Shown: positions 9,378-19,259, numbered from the stretch's first letter. The stretch is 64,000 nucleotides of DNA from Halopelagius fulvigenes (GCF_042662625.1 NZ_JBHSXH010000015.1:973909-1037908); one strand, 5' to 3'. The notes: generated by a model not told the origin, from the letters alone. Numbers and translations are program-made.

Positions 9378-10087
9378 GCCGTGGGTACCTCCTCGCTTCC
9401 GCCGTCGAAGTTACCCGTCGCGCGGACGCGAATCGACGCCGCGACGGCGTCCGGAAGGCTCTGCTCGTCGCCCTCGATTCGGTCGCCGTCGGCGACGCGG
9501 ACGGTCACCATGCCGAACGGGGCGACGTCCGTCACCTCCACGCTCGTTCCGGGGGTGATGCCGGCGTCCGCGAGGTACTCCAGTTCCTCCTCGTTGCGGT
9601 CGCTGACGCGCGCGACGACGACCGTATCGCCGACGGAGTGATCCGAGAGTCGCGTCGTCTCCTCGTGGTCGAGGGGGGTCAGATCGGGCGAGGGAATCGG
9701 GTCGCCGTGCGGGTCTACGGTGGGGTTCCCGAGGACGTCCGCGACGCGCCGTTCGAACTCCTCGGAGATGTGGTGTTCGAGGGCGTCCGCCTCGTCGTGG
9801 ACCTCGCTCCAGGAGTAATCGAGGTGTTCCGCGAGGTACGCCTCCAGCAGGCGGTGGTGACGGAGGACTTCCAGCGCCACCGTCTCGCCCTCCTCGGTCA
9901 GTTCCGCGCCCTTGTACTTCTCGCGGTGGACGAGGCCGCGGTCGGAGAGCTTCCCGAGCATGCTCGTGACCGTCGGCGGCGTCTTCCCGAGGTACTCGGC
10001 GATGGCGGAGGTGGAGACGGGCGGCCCGCTCTCGGCCTGAATCTGGTAGATGGCCTTCAGGTAGTCCTCCATCACGTCGCTCAACAT
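9374..10087 (-). CDS. DtxR/MntR family metal-dependent transcriptional regulator with C-terminal FeoA/SH3-like domain
   Basis: N-terminal wHTH (MEDYLKAIYQIQAESGPPVSTSAIAEYLGKTPPTVTSMLGKLSDRGLV), metal-binding/dimerisation helix region, then an FeoA-like beta domain. Confidence 0.8.
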   Translation of the reverse strand: MLSDVMEDYLKAIYQIQAESGPPVSTSAIAEYLGKTPPTVTSMLGKLSDRGLVHREKYKGAELTEEGETVALEVLRHHRLLEAYLAEHLDYSWSEVHDEADALEHHISEEFERRVADVLGNPTVDPHGDPIPSPDLTPLDHEETTRLSDHSVGDTVVVARVSDRNEEELEYLADAGITPGTSVEVTDVAPFGMVTVRVADGDRIEGDEQSLPDAVAASIRVRATGNFDGGSEEVPTA

Positions 10088-10175
10088 ACCCCGAATTAGA
10101 CGAGTCTAAAGTAAATATCCTCGGGCCTCGAAACCGTGCGGGTCCGGCGACTGTCGCCGCCGCGGATTGGTCGCG

Positions 10176-11351
10176 TTAGATGCCCTTCCCCATCAGGTGA
10201 CTGCGGAGGATGTCGGCCGTCTTCGTCCCGGATTCGGTGTTTACGACCACCACGTCGTCGTCCGCGCCGACGACGCCGTCCTCGGCGAGTCGCCACGCGG
10301 CGGCGACGGCGGCACCGCCGGCCGCGCCGACTTCGAGTCCGGCGTTCTGCGCGGCGGCGACTGCGCTCTCCAGTATCTCGTCGTCGTCAACCGCGAGAGC
10401 GTCGCCGCCCGTCTCCGCGAGGGCGGCGAGTGCGGCGGCCCCGCCGTTCGGGTCCGGAATCTCGAGTTCGCCGACGATGGTGTCCGGACCGGACCACGGT
10501 TCCACGTCGTCCGCGCCGCGTTCGTGCGCGGTGACGACGGGCGCGCATCCCGACGGTTGCGCGGCGTACACCGGCGGCACGTCGTCCGTGACGCCCGCGT
10601 CGCGGAGTTCGCGGAAGCCCTTCGCGACGCCCGCGACGACTTCGCCCGTCCCCGCGGGGACGACGACGGCGTCCGGCACCGTCCACTCGAGGGATTCGGC
10701 CACCTCGAACGCCACCGTCTTGATGCCGTCGTGGCGGTACGGGTTGTCGAACTCCTGCAGGGTGTGCCACTCGGACTGCAGTTGCTCGTGGAGGGCCTCC
10801 TCGGCGTCGGGGTAGCGGCCGCCGACGACGCGCATCTCGCCGCCGTGGACGTTCACCATCGCCTTGTTCGGGAACGGCGCGCGCGAGGGGACGAACGAGT
10901 ACGACCGCAGGTCCGCCATCCCCGCGTACGACGCCGCCGACTGGCCCGCGTTGCCGGGCGTGGCGAGGGCGACGAGTTCCGCGTCCGCCTCGCGCGCGGC
11001 GGTGACCGCGGGCGAGAGACCCCGGTCCAACACGGTGCCGGTCGGGTTCCGCCCCTCGTCTTTGATTCGGAGCGTTCCGACGCCGAGTTCCGCCGCGAGC
11101 GTCGGCGTCTCCACCGACGGCGTCCCCCCCTCGTCGGCGGTCAACGGGTCCGAGAACGGGAGGAGGTCGGCGTACCGCCACATCGTGCCGGTCGGCGCGT
11201 CGTCCAACCCGCCGTCCCCCCACGCGACGGCGTCGAGGTCGTACGCCGGGTCGAGATGCGCGCCCGCGTCGCTCCCGCCGGTCGTCGTCGCCTCGTACTC
11301 CTCGCCGCTCTCGGCGCAGCGCAAGCCGAGAAACGCCTCGCTGGTGTCCAT
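10176..11351 (-). CDS. thrC: threonine synthase (PLP-dependent)
   Basis: 391 aa; PLP-fold type II enzyme pattern (NPTGTVLDRG..., GNAGQSAASYAG...) and overall archaeal ThrC length. Confidence 0.75.
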   Translation of the reverse strand: MDTSEAFLGLRCAESGEEYEATTTGGSDAGAHLDPAYDLDAVAWGDGGLDDAPTGTMWRYADLLPFSDPLTADEGGTPSVETPTLAAELGVGTLRIKDEGRNPTGTVLDRGLSPAVTAAREADAELVALATPGNAGQSAASYAGMADLRSYSFVPSRAPFPNKAMVNVHGGEMRVVGGRYPDAEEALHEQLQSEWHTLQEFDNPYRHDGIKTVAFEVAESLEWTVPDAVVVPAGTGEVVAGVAKGFRELRDAGVTDDVPPVYAAQPSGCAPVVTAHERGADDVEPWSGPDTIVGELEIPDPNGGAAALAALAETGGDALAVDDDEILESAVAAAQNAGLEVGAAGGAAVAAAWRLAEDGVVGADDDVVVVNTESGTKTADILRSHLMGKGI

Positions 11352-11482
11352 ACCGGGCGTTGCGGCGCGACCGACAAATCCCTAGCCATTCGGCTTTTTC
11401 GACGCTTCGCCGCGCGCGGCCGACCTGCACCGACTGACTGTCGCGCACAGTACATTAGTGCGGTGCGCGAGAAGGCCGGGGC

Positions 11483-12760
11483 ATGGACGAAACCGTGGTC
11501 GTCGTCGGCGCGGGCCTCGCGGGTCTCGTCGCGGCGCGTCACCTCGCCGACGAGGGTGCCGACGTGACACTGTACGAACGGCACCACGAAGTCGGCGGAC
11601 GAGTTCGGACGCAGAAACGAGACGGGTTCACCCTCGACCGGGGCTTTCAGGTGCTCTTCACCGGCTATCCGGCGGTACAGCGAGAACTCGACGTGGACGA
11701 ACTGGACGTTCGGGAGTTCTCCCCGGGGGCCGTCATCGCCCGCCCCGGCGAGCGTTCGACGCTGTCGGACCCACTGCGCGACCCGAAGTCCGTCATCTCG
11801 ACCCTGCGGAACGACGAGGTGACCCTCACGGACAAGGTTCGGACGATGGCGCTTCGCCAGCACGTCCGCGGCATCTCGGAGCGCCACCTGTTCGAGGGAC
11901 CGGACACGAGCATCCGAGAGTACCTCCGCGAGTGGGGGTTCTCCGAGAAGTACATCGAGAACTTCGTCGCGCCGTTCTACGGCGGTATCACCCTCGACCG
12001 GTCGCTCACCACCTCCAAGCGCGTCTTCGAGGCGACGTTCAAAGCGCTCTCGAACGGCCGCATCGTCGTCCCCGCCGAGGGGATGCAGGAGATTCCGAAG
12101 CAACTCGCGGAGAAGGCCCGACAGGCGGGCGCGGAGATTCGCCTCGAAACGGGCGTCGAGTCCGTCGAGAACTACGACGACGGCGTGACCGTGCGGACGA
12201 CGGCGGAGACGGTGGAAGCCGACGCCGCAGTCGTCGCCGCCGACCCGAAGGAGTCGCTCCGACTCACGGGCGTCGACGAGATACCGACGATCGCGCGGAC
12301 GTCCACGACGCAGTACTACCGCCTTCCGGCGGGGACGGACTTCGGAACCGGGCGCAGACTCCTGTTGAACGCCGGCAGCGACGCGCCGAACACCGTCGCG
12401 CCGATGACGAAAGTCGCGCCGGAGTACGCGCCCGGCGACTACGAACTCCTCGCGGCGACGTTCCTCGGAAAGGAGGCGGCAGAACAGAGCGCGATGCAGT
12501 TGGCCGCCAAGACGAGGCGGAAACTCAACTCGTGGTACCCCGACGGGTCGATAGACGACATCCAGTCCATCCACACAGACCGCATCGAGTTCGCGCAGTT
12601 CGACCAACCGCCGGGAATCCACGACCGACTGCCGAAGTACCGCGACCCGGGCGGGTGGACGTACCTCGCGGGCGATTTCACCGAGTGGTCGTCGATACAG
12701 GGCGCGATGCGAAGCGGTCGCAAGGCCGCCGAGGCGGTGGCGTACGACCTGCGACTCTGA
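11483..12760 (+). CDS. FAD/NAD(P)-binding oxidoreductase (amine-oxidase/protoporphyrinogen-oxidase-like)
   Basis: N-terminal Rossmann dinucleotide motif VVVVGAGLAGLVAARHLADEG; 425 aa. Confidence 0.7.
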   Translation: MDETVVVVGAGLAGLVAARHLADEGADVTLYERHHEVGGRVRTQKRDGFTLDRGFQVLFTGYPAVQRELDVDELDVREFSPGAVIARPGERSTLSDPLRDPKSVISTLRNDEVTLTDKVRTMALRQHVRGISERHLFEGPDTSIREYLREWGFSEKYIENFVAPFYGGITLDRSLTTSKRVFEATFKALSNGRIVVPAEGMQEIPKQLAEKARQAGAEIRLETGVESVENYDDGVTVRTTAETVEADAAVVAADPKESLRLTGVDEIPTIARTSTTQYYRLPAGTDFGTGRRLLLNAGSDAPNTVAPMTKVAPEYAPGDYELLAATFLGKEAAEQSAMQLAAKTRRKLNSWYPDGSIDDIQSIHTDRIEFAQFDQPPGIHDRLPKYRDPGGWTYLAGDFTEWSSIQGAMRSGRKAAEAVAYDLRL

Positions 12761-12761
12761 C

Positions 12762-13493
12762 TCAGAGCATCCGCCGGAACTCGCCCAACGGCGGGAACGT
12801 CAGCGCCTCGTCCGCGCTCTCGTCGTACAGTATCGGGCGGAACGCGTCGATGTCGGTCACGAGGGGCGACTGCACGTCCCGGGTCCGGAGTCGGTTCACC
12901 ACCACGCCCGCCGCGAGGCGATTGAACGCCGGGAGCATCAGCACGTCCGCGCCGCGGAACGCCTCCTCGCCGTAGAGGAAGCAGGGCCGACGCGTCCCCT
13001 CGATGGTTATCGCGGGGTGGTCGTGACCGACGACGTACAGCGACGCCTCCCGTTCCGGGAGGGCGTGCCCGTGGCAGACGACGACGGACGCGTCCGTCTC
13101 CCCGCCGAGGACGTACTCGTCGTGGACGGTGCCGTCGAAGACGGAGTCGAGGACGGTGTCGTGGTTCCCCCGGACGAAGACGGGGCGCGCGCCGGCCTCG
13201 CGGCACGCCTCGGTCAGGTCGGCGACGCCCTCGCGCGCCCGCGACGTCGCGGACCCGAACTCGTGGAGGACGTCGCCCGCGAAGACGACCGTCTCGGGCG
13301 AACGGGCGTCGAGGTGGTCGGCGAGGCGTTCCCGCAGGTCGCGACGCTCCCCGAGGGGGAACTCGACCGACGACGCTTCGTCCCGGCCCACGTGCACGTC
13401 CGCGAGGACGAGGGCGTCCGCGCCGGGGAGGTACGCCGCCCTGTCGCGGTAGACGACCTCGAACACGGTGCGAGGCAGGGCCCCGACGCTCAA
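12762..13493 (-). CDS. calcineurin-like metallophosphoesterase
   Basis: Motifs LVLADVHVG, FAGDVLHE, GNHD and VCHGH match the phosphoesterase signature. Confidence 0.7.
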   Translation of the reverse strand: MSVGALPRTVFEVVYRDRAAYLPGADALVLADVHVGRDEASSVEFPLGERRDLRERLADHLDARSPETVVFAGDVLHEFGSATSRAREGVADLTEACREAGARPVFVRGNHDTVLDSVFDGTVHDEYVLGGETDASVVVCHGHALPEREASLYVVGHDHPAITIEGTRRPCFLYGEEAFRGADVLMLPAFNRLAAGVVVNRLRTRDVQSPLVTDIDAFRPILYDESADEALTFPPLGEFRRML

Positions 13494-13585
13494 AGCCGTA
13501 CCGTTCGGCGGCGGAACCGCGGCGAACGGGTCGGCGACCCGCGGGGGCGACGGGATTTTTCACCGCTCGGTTCGTGCGACGGAGC

Positions 13586-14389
13586 ATGACCGGGGCCCTC
13601 GAAGACAAGCGGACGGCCACCCGACTCCGCATCCTCGTCGAGATAGCCGACAGACAACCGGCGGTGAGTCAGGGCGAGATAGCGGACGCGGTGGGCGTGA
13701 CGAGTCAGGCCGTCAGCGAGTACATCCGGGAGTTGGTCGAGGACGACTACGTCGAGAAGGAGGGACGGTCCCGGTACCGGGTCACGAAGGAGGGCGTCGA
13801 CTGGCTGTTTCAGAAGGTCAAGGACCTCCGGCGGTTCGCCGACCACGTGACCGACGACGTGTTAGAGAGCGTCCAAGAGGACGCCGCCGTCGCCGCCGAG
13901 GACGTCTCCGCCGGCAAGACGGTGACGCTGTCGGTTCGAGACGGCCTCCTCCACGCCGCCCCCGGGTCGTCCGGCCCGGCGACGGGCGTGGCGACGACGG
14001 ACGCCGAGGCGGGCGACGACGTGAGCGTCACGGGGTTCGAGGGCGTCATCGAGATCGGTCCCGGGCGGGTGACGGTCGTCCAGGTACCGCCCGCGCGGTC
14101 CGGCGGGAGTTCCGCGGTGGAACCGTCGGCGCTGGAAACCGCCTGCGACGGCGCGGACGTGGTCGTCGCCGCGGGCGTCGAAGCGGTCGTCGCCCTCCGG
14201 AAGGCCGGCGTCGAGTCGGAGACGGCGTTCGCGGCGGGCGAGGTGGCGTCCGCCGCCGCGGAACGGGGGTTGGACGCGACGGTGGTCGCGACCGCGGACC
14301 TCGTCGGCAGGGTGACGGACGCCCTCCGCGACGGCGACGCCCTCTACGAGGTCACCGAGGCGGCGCGGGTGGAAGAGGACGGACGATAA
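13586..14389 (+). CDS. winged-helix transcriptional regulator with uncharacterised C-terminal domain
   Basis: N-terminal wHTH (SQGEIADAVGVTSQAVSEYIRELVEDDYVEKEGRSRYRVTKEG), acidic composition. ORF-track start at 13574; 13586 (MTGALEDK) is equally possible. Confidence 0.55.
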   Translation: MTGALEDKRTATRLRILVEIADRQPAVSQGEIADAVGVTSQAVSEYIRELVEDDYVEKEGRSRYRVTKEGVDWLFQKVKDLRRFADHVTDDVLESVQEDAAVAAEDVSAGKTVTLSVRDGLLHAAPGSSGPATGVATTDAEAGDDVSVTGFEGVIEIGPGRVTVVQVPPARSGGSSAVEPSALETACDGADVVVAAGVEAVVALRKAGVESETAFAAGEVASAAAERGLDATVVATADLVGRVTDALRDGDALYEVTEAARVEEDGR

Positions 14390-14399
14390 AACAGACTCT

Positions 14400-15008
14400 T
14401 CAGGCGGCCGCGCCCTCGGCGTGTTCCCTCGCCGTCGCGTACGCCTCCTGTAGCTCCTTGAACTCCGATTGGGACCCGCCGTGGTCGGGGTGGACGTCCT
14501 TCACCCGGTCGCGGTAGGCGCGTTTCACCTCGGCGGGGTCGGCCGTCGTCGGCACGCCGAGGTAGTCGAACGCGGCGGTCACCGGACTCTCGCGGGTCGG
14601 CGCCGCGGGTTCGAACTCCGGCACCTCGAACGGGAGGCGACGCCCGAGTCCGTGCGCGGGCATCTCGTGTTCGCAGAGGACAGTGTACGTCCCCGCCCGT
14701 TCGAGTCGGAAGTACGCCTGCGCGTCGAAGGTGATGGCCACGTCGCGTTGCGGGAGGTAGAACGCGACCGTCTCGCCGTGGAGGGCGTGGTCCTCGACAA
14801 ACGGTTCGCCTATCGTCCGGAGGTAGTCGCGGATTTCGGTCCGACGACGGCCCGCCCCGTCGATGTTCGGACCGCGGGACACCGCCTCGTCGGGGAACAG
14901 TCGCCCCCCCACGAGGAACACCCCGGCGACGACGAGGGAGGCGACGATACCCCCGACGACGCCGAGGAGAAGCCACGGCGGCGTGAGCGACACCAAGTCC
15001 GATTGCAC
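14400..15008 (-). CDS. membrane-anchored J-domain (DnaJ-like) protein
   Basis: C-terminal J domain (DYLGVPTTADPAEVKRAYRDRVKDVHPDHGG), N-terminal TM helix. The ORF-track N-terminal extension (to 15419) is Arg-rich junk overlapping a real plus-strand gene. Start set at an in-frame GTG, c(15006..15008); uncertain. Confidence 0.5.
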   Translation of the reverse strand: MQSDLVSLTPPWLLLGVVGGIVASLVVAGVFLVGGRLFPDEAVSRGPNIDGAGRRRTEIRDYLRTIGEPFVEDHALHGETVAFYLPQRDVAITFDAQAYFRLERAGTYTVLCEHEMPAHGLGRRLPFEVPEFEPAAPTRESPVTAAFDYLGVPTTADPAEVKRAYRDRVKDVHPDHGGSQSEFKELQEAYATAREHAEGAAA

Positions 15009-15160
15009 GACCCAACAGAGGTCATCGAGGATAAAGAAACTCTCGGGGCGAGCGGTGCCGTTCCTCGCCGTAGTCGGGTGTTCGGACGCCTCGTTCCGGG
15101 CCGGACGTTCCGTCCCCGCCACGCGACGGACGTTTACTGTCTCGGTTCCTACTGCACCCC

Positions 15161-15409
15161 GTGCGACCGATACGATTCGAGGAGGCCGACTCGGCGGAAC
15201 GGACGCAGATAGGCGAAGGGTTGACCCGACCCGCCGTCGCCGCCGGCCGGTTGGAGACCGGTCGCGAGGAGGGGAAGTACTTCCTCCGCCACGACGACGG
15301 GTGCGCCGTCTGCGGCGAGGAAGTAAGCGCCGGCAAACCGTTTTATCTCGACCCTGAAACCGGCGAGATACTCTGTGAAACCCACGGTTCGGCCAGACGA
15401 GAGGAGTGA
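15161..15409 (+). CDS. small CPxCG-related zinc-finger protein
   Basis: 82 aa acidic protein with C-x2-C...C-x2-H (CAVCGEE...LCETHG); a typical haloarchaeal small zinc-finger family. Confidence 0.55.
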   Translation: MRPIRFEEADSAERTQIGEGLTRPAVAAGRLETGREEGKYFLRHDDGCAVCGEEVSAGKPFYLDPETGEILCETHGSARREE

Positions 15410-15420
15410 CCGTATTCACC

Positions 15421-15436
15421 GAACCTAACGTACTCG
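15421..15436 (+). promoter_or_regulatory. TrmB-type cis-regulatory motif TACT-N7-GAGTA (TACTCGCGGCCGAGTA), palindromic, upstream of ppsA TATA-like boxes (15438-15446 TATTTTATT; 15472-15479)
   Basis: Exact match to the TACT-N7-8-GAGTA motif described for Halobacterium salinarum TrmB, which activates gluconeogenic genes including ppsA. Confidence 0.6.
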
Positions 15437-15513
15437 CGGCCGAGTAGTATTTTATTCATGCTTGCGTTGTCCGGAAAGTACTTATTACGAATTGTGGTGA
15501 TTAACAAACGCTA

Positions 15514-17838
15514 ATGGCTGTAGTTTGGCTGGACGACGTACGCGCCGCCGATTTGGGTACGGTCGGCGGCAAGGCGGCTTCGCTCGGCGAACTCACGGCG
15601 GCGGGACTTCCCGTCCCTCCGGGGTTCGTCGTAACAGCAGGAACGTACCGGGCATTCATCGAGGACGCCGGTATCGACGAGGAACTGTTCGAGGCCGTCG
15701 ACGTGGACCACGAGGACTCCGCCGCGTTGAAGGAAGCGCACGAACGCGCGCACGAGCTCATCGTGGAGACGCCGGTCCCCGAAGAGGTTCGCGAGGAGAT
15801 TCTCGCCGCCTACGAGGAGATCGGCGAGGACGCCTTCGTCGCGGTGCGGTCGTCCGCGACGGCGGAGGACCTGCCCGACGCCTCCTTCGCGGGGCAACAG
15901 GAGACGTTCCTCAACGTCCAAGCCGACGACTTGGTGGAACGCGTCAAGGAGTGTTGGGCGTCGCTGTTCTCTCAGCGAGCGATATACTACCGCAACAGAC
16001 AGGACTTCCCCCACGACGAGGTGGACATCGCGGTGGTCGTACAGGAGATGGTCGCCGCCGAGAAGTCCGGCGTGATGTTCACGTCGCATCCCTCGACGGG
16101 CGAACCGCGCATCATCATCGAGGCGGCGTGGGGTCTCGGCGAGGCGGTGGTCTCCGGCACCGTCTCCCCGGACAACTACGTCGTAGACCGCGGGACGAAG
16201 GCGGTCGAGACGGCGACCGTCGCCGACAAGAAGGTGATGATGGAGAAGGACGAGGAGACGGGCGAGACCGTCGAACGCGAGGTGTCGGAGGACCGCCGGA
16301 ACGCGCGCGTCCTCTCCGACGAGGAGATTTCGGAGTTGGTCGAACTCGGCGAACGCGTCGAGGAGCACTACGGCGAACCGCAGGACGTGGAGTGGGCCGT
16401 CTACGAGGGCGACATCTACATGCTCCAGTCGCGGCCCATCACCACCATCTCCGAGTCGGGGACGGACGCCGACTCCGGGGCGGTGGAGGCCGCCGGCGAC
16501 GGCGGGGCCGAGGTGGCGAGTGCCGGTAACGGCGCGGACGGCGCAGACGGAACCTCGGACGACGGTGACGTACTCGTGCAGGGACTCGGCGCGAGTCCGG
16601 GCATCGCCTCCGGCGAGGCGCGCATCGTCACGAAACTCGACCACCTCGACCAGGTGGGCGACGGCGACATCATCGTCACCGAGATGACGATGCCTGACAT
16701 GGTGCCCGCGATGAAGCGCGCGGCGGGCATCGTCACCGACGAGGGCGGCATGACCTCCCACGCCGCCATCGTCTCCCGCGAACTCGGCGTCCCCGCCGTC
16801 GTCGGCACCGGGTCGGGCACCCGCGAACTCGACGACGACCAACCCATCACCATCGACGGCGACAAGGGCACCGTCCGCGAGGGCGTCGTCGAGTCCGAGG
16901 ACGTCCAACGCGAACCCATCGAGGAGGCGCGTCCGAAGACGCCGGTCAAGCCGATGACCGCGACGGAGGTGAAGGTGAACGTCTCCATCCCCGAGGCGGC
17001 CGAACGCGCCGCCGCGACGGGCGCGGACGGCGTCGGACTCCTCCGGATGGAGCACATGATCCTCTCGACGGGGAAGACCCCCGAGAAGTACATCTCCGAC
17101 AACGGCGAACGCGCCTACGTGGACCAACTCGTCGAGGGGATGCGCACCGCCGCCGAGGAGTTCTACCCCCGGCCGGTCCGCATCCGAACGCTCGACGCGC
17201 CGACCGACGAGTTCCGCCAACTGGACGGCGGCGACGACGAACCGAAGGAGCACAACCCGATGCTGGGCTACCGCGGCATCCGGCGGTCGCTCGACACCCC
17301 CGAGGTGTTCAAACACGAACTGGAGGCGTTCCGGCGGATGTTCGAGATGGGGTACGACAACGTCGAGATAATGTTCCCCCTCGTAAACGACGCCGAGGAC
17401 GTCTACCGCGCGAAGAACCTGATGCGCGAGGCCGGCATCGACCCCGACAAGCGCAACTGGGGCGTGATGGTGGAGACGCCCGCCTCCGCACTCGGCATCG
17501 AGGAGATGGCCGGGGCGGGCATCGACTTCGCCTCGTTCGGGACGAACGACCTCACGCAGTACACCCTCGCGGTGGACCGAAACAACGAGAACGTCGCCGA
17601 CCGCTTCGACGAACTCCACCCCTCGGTGCTGAAACTCATCGGCGACACCATCGAGACGTGCCGCGAACTCGGCGTGAAGACGAGCATCTGCGGGCAGGCC
17701 GGGTCGAAGCCGAAGATGGTGCAGTTCCTCGCCGAGAAGGGCGTCTCCTCCATCTCCGCGAACATCGACGCCGTCCGCGACGTGCAACACGAGGTCAAGC
17801 GCGTCGAACAGCGTCTCATCCTCGACTCGGTGCGCTGA
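15514..17838 (+). CDS. ppsA: phosphoenolpyruvate synthase (pyruvate, water dikinase)
   Basis: 774 aa; N-terminal ATP-grasp, central phospho-His domain (GGMTSHAAIVSRELGVPAVVGTG), C-terminal PEP-utilising TIM barrel. Confidence 0.9.
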   Translation: MAVVWLDDVRAADLGTVGGKAASLGELTAAGLPVPPGFVVTAGTYRAFIEDAGIDEELFEAVDVDHEDSAALKEAHERAHELIVETPVPEEVREEILAAYEEIGEDAFVAVRSSATAEDLPDASFAGQQETFLNVQADDLVERVKECWASLFSQRAIYYRNRQDFPHDEVDIAVVVQEMVAAEKSGVMFTSHPSTGEPRIIIEAAWGLGEAVVSGTVSPDNYVVDRGTKAVETATVADKKVMMEKDEETGETVEREVSEDRRNARVLSDEEISELVELGERVEEHYGEPQDVEWAVYEGDIYMLQSRPITTISESGTDADSGAVEAAGDGGAEVASAGNGADGADGTSDDGDVLVQGLGASPGIASGEARIVTKLDHLDQVGDGDIIVTEMTMPDMVPAMKRAAGIVTDEGGMTSHAAIVSRELGVPAVVGTGSGTRELDDDQPITIDGDKGTVREGVVESEDVQREPIEEARPKTPVKPMTATEVKVNVSIPEAAERAAATGADGVGLLRMEHMILSTGKTPEKYISDNGERAYVDQLVEGMRTAAEEFYPRPVRIRTLDAPTDEFRQLDGGDDEPKEHNPMLGYRGIRRSLDTPEVFKHELEAFRRMFEMGYDNVEIMFPLVNDAEDVYRAKNLMREAGIDPDKRNWGVMVETPASALGIEEMAGAGIDFASFGTNDLTQYTLAVDRNNENVADRFDELHPSVLKLIGDTIETCRELGVKTSICGQAGSKPKMVQFLAEKGVSSISANIDAVRDVQHEVKRVEQRLILDSVR

Positions 17839-17902
17839 CCCCCGAGTAACGCCCCCGCCACGCGCTTTTATCTCTCGGTCGGCCGTACGACCGCAGTAGT
17901 CC

Positions 17903-18658
17903 ATGCCCTCCACCCACGCCTCGTCGCCCCGTCGCGGCGTTCGGTCCGCCGTCGTCGCCTTGACCGTCGTCTCGGTCCTTCTCGTCGTGACGCTCGTCGT
18001 CGCGGCGGCGGCCGGAGCGGTGGTCGTCCTCTCCGTCCTCGCGGCCGAACCCGCGGGGGAACGGTCCATCGCTCTCGTCCTCCTCGCGGCGGTGGTTCCG
18101 ACGGAGGCGGTGTACCTCGCCGTCTCCATCACGTACGCCCACGTCAGGGAACTCCCCGTCCCGGTTCGCGTCCCGACGCGGCGCGACGCCGCCCTCGTCC
18201 TCGCGGGGTCCGTCGTCACCGTCGTCGCCGCGACGGTCATCTTCGCCGTCGGCGACGCCGCCGGCGTCAGCCCCGTCTCCAGCGCGTTCGACCCGGCGAC
18301 GGGGGCCGACCCGTCGGCGCTCCTCCTTCTGGCCCCCCTCTCGATACTCGTCGTCGCGCCCGCCGAGGAGGCGTTCTTCCGCGGCGTCGTGCAGGGCCGC
18401 CTCCGGCGGACGTTCGGACCGGCCGCCAGCGTCGGCGTCGCCAGCGCCCTCTTCGCCGCCGTCCACGTGTTCAACTTCGTCTCGTTCGACCGGCCGGTCG
18501 GACTCCTCGTGCCGTTGGGGGCCATCTTCGTCGTCTCGCTGGTTCTCGGCGGCGCGTACGAGGTGACCGACAACCTCGTCGTCCCGGTGGCCGTCCACGG
18601 CGCGTACAACGCCACATTGGCCGTCGTCTCCTACCTCTCCGTCGTCGGCGCGGTGTGA
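17903..18658 (+). CDS. CPBP family intramembrane metalloprotease (CAAX protease/Abi-like)
   Basis: Motifs EEAFFRG (EExxxR), FAAVH (FxxxH) and a distal His in VHGAYN; multi-TM. Confidence 0.7.
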   Translation: MPSTHASSPRRGVRSAVVALTVVSVLLVVTLVVAAAAGAVVVLSVLAAEPAGERSIALVLLAAVVPTEAVYLAVSITYAHVRELPVPVRVPTRRDAALVLAGSVVTVVAATVIFAVGDAAGVSPVSSAFDPATGADPSALLLLAPLSILVVAPAEEAFFRGVVQGRLRRTFGPAASVGVASALFAAVHVFNFVSFDRPVGLLVPLGAIFVVSLVLGGAYEVTDNLVVPVAVHGAYNATLAVVSYLSVVGAV

Positions 18659-18686
18659 GAGAACGAGGGAGGGCCCCCGGCGGCCG

Positions 18687-19259
18687 TCACTTCCGGAACG
18701 GCGGTTCTTCGAACTCCGCGCCGCAGTCGGGGCAGACGGTCACCGGCCGGTTCCCGTCCGTCAGCGTCGCTCGCAACTCGTCGCCGCCGCAGTCCGGACA
18801 TCCCGGCGGAACGCGTTCGGCGCCGCAGTCCGGGCAGACGAGTTTCGGTTCCCCGCCGTCGGTTTCGGCGCGCACGTCGTCGCGTCCGCAGTCGGGACAG
18901 GCGACCGGAATCCGAACGTCGGTACTCTCCCGGGGCGCACCAATCGCGAACGCCACGAGAACGCCGTCGGAGTCGTTCCGCCCCGACTGGAACTCGCCGG
19001 GCGCGAACCGCACCGCCTCGCCGGCGTCGACGGCGAGTTCGCCGGCCATCGTCTCGAACGTCGCCGTCCCCGCCACGACGACGAACACCTCCTCTTGGTC
19101 GGCGTGCGCGTGCAGTCCGCCGGGGAACCCCTCGCCGGGCGCGAGTCGGTAGCGGTTGAGGGCGAAGCCGGTCGTCCCCAACGCGTCCGAGAGGCGGCGT
19201 CCTTCGCTCTCGTCGCCGAGAGGGACTGATTCCGCGTCGTCGAAGGAGACGCGTTCCAT
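18687..19259 (-). CDS. cupin-domain protein fused to three C-terminal CPxCG zinc ribbons
   Basis: Real 190 aa gene [11 protein letters not shown]...; cupin core ([22 protein letters not shown]); three repeats of CPDCG. The long ORF-track ORF (to 20558) is an artefactual N-terminal extension. Confidence 0.65.
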   Translation of the reverse strand: MERVSFDDAESVPLGDESEGRRLSDALGTTGFALNRYRLAPGEGFPGGLHAHADQEEVFVVVAGTATFETMAGELAVDAGEAVRFAPGEFQSGRNDSDGVLVAFAIGAPRESTDVRIPVACPDCGRDDVRAETDGGEPKLVCPDCGAERVPPGCPDCGGDELRATLTDGNRPVTVCPDCGAEFEEPPFRK

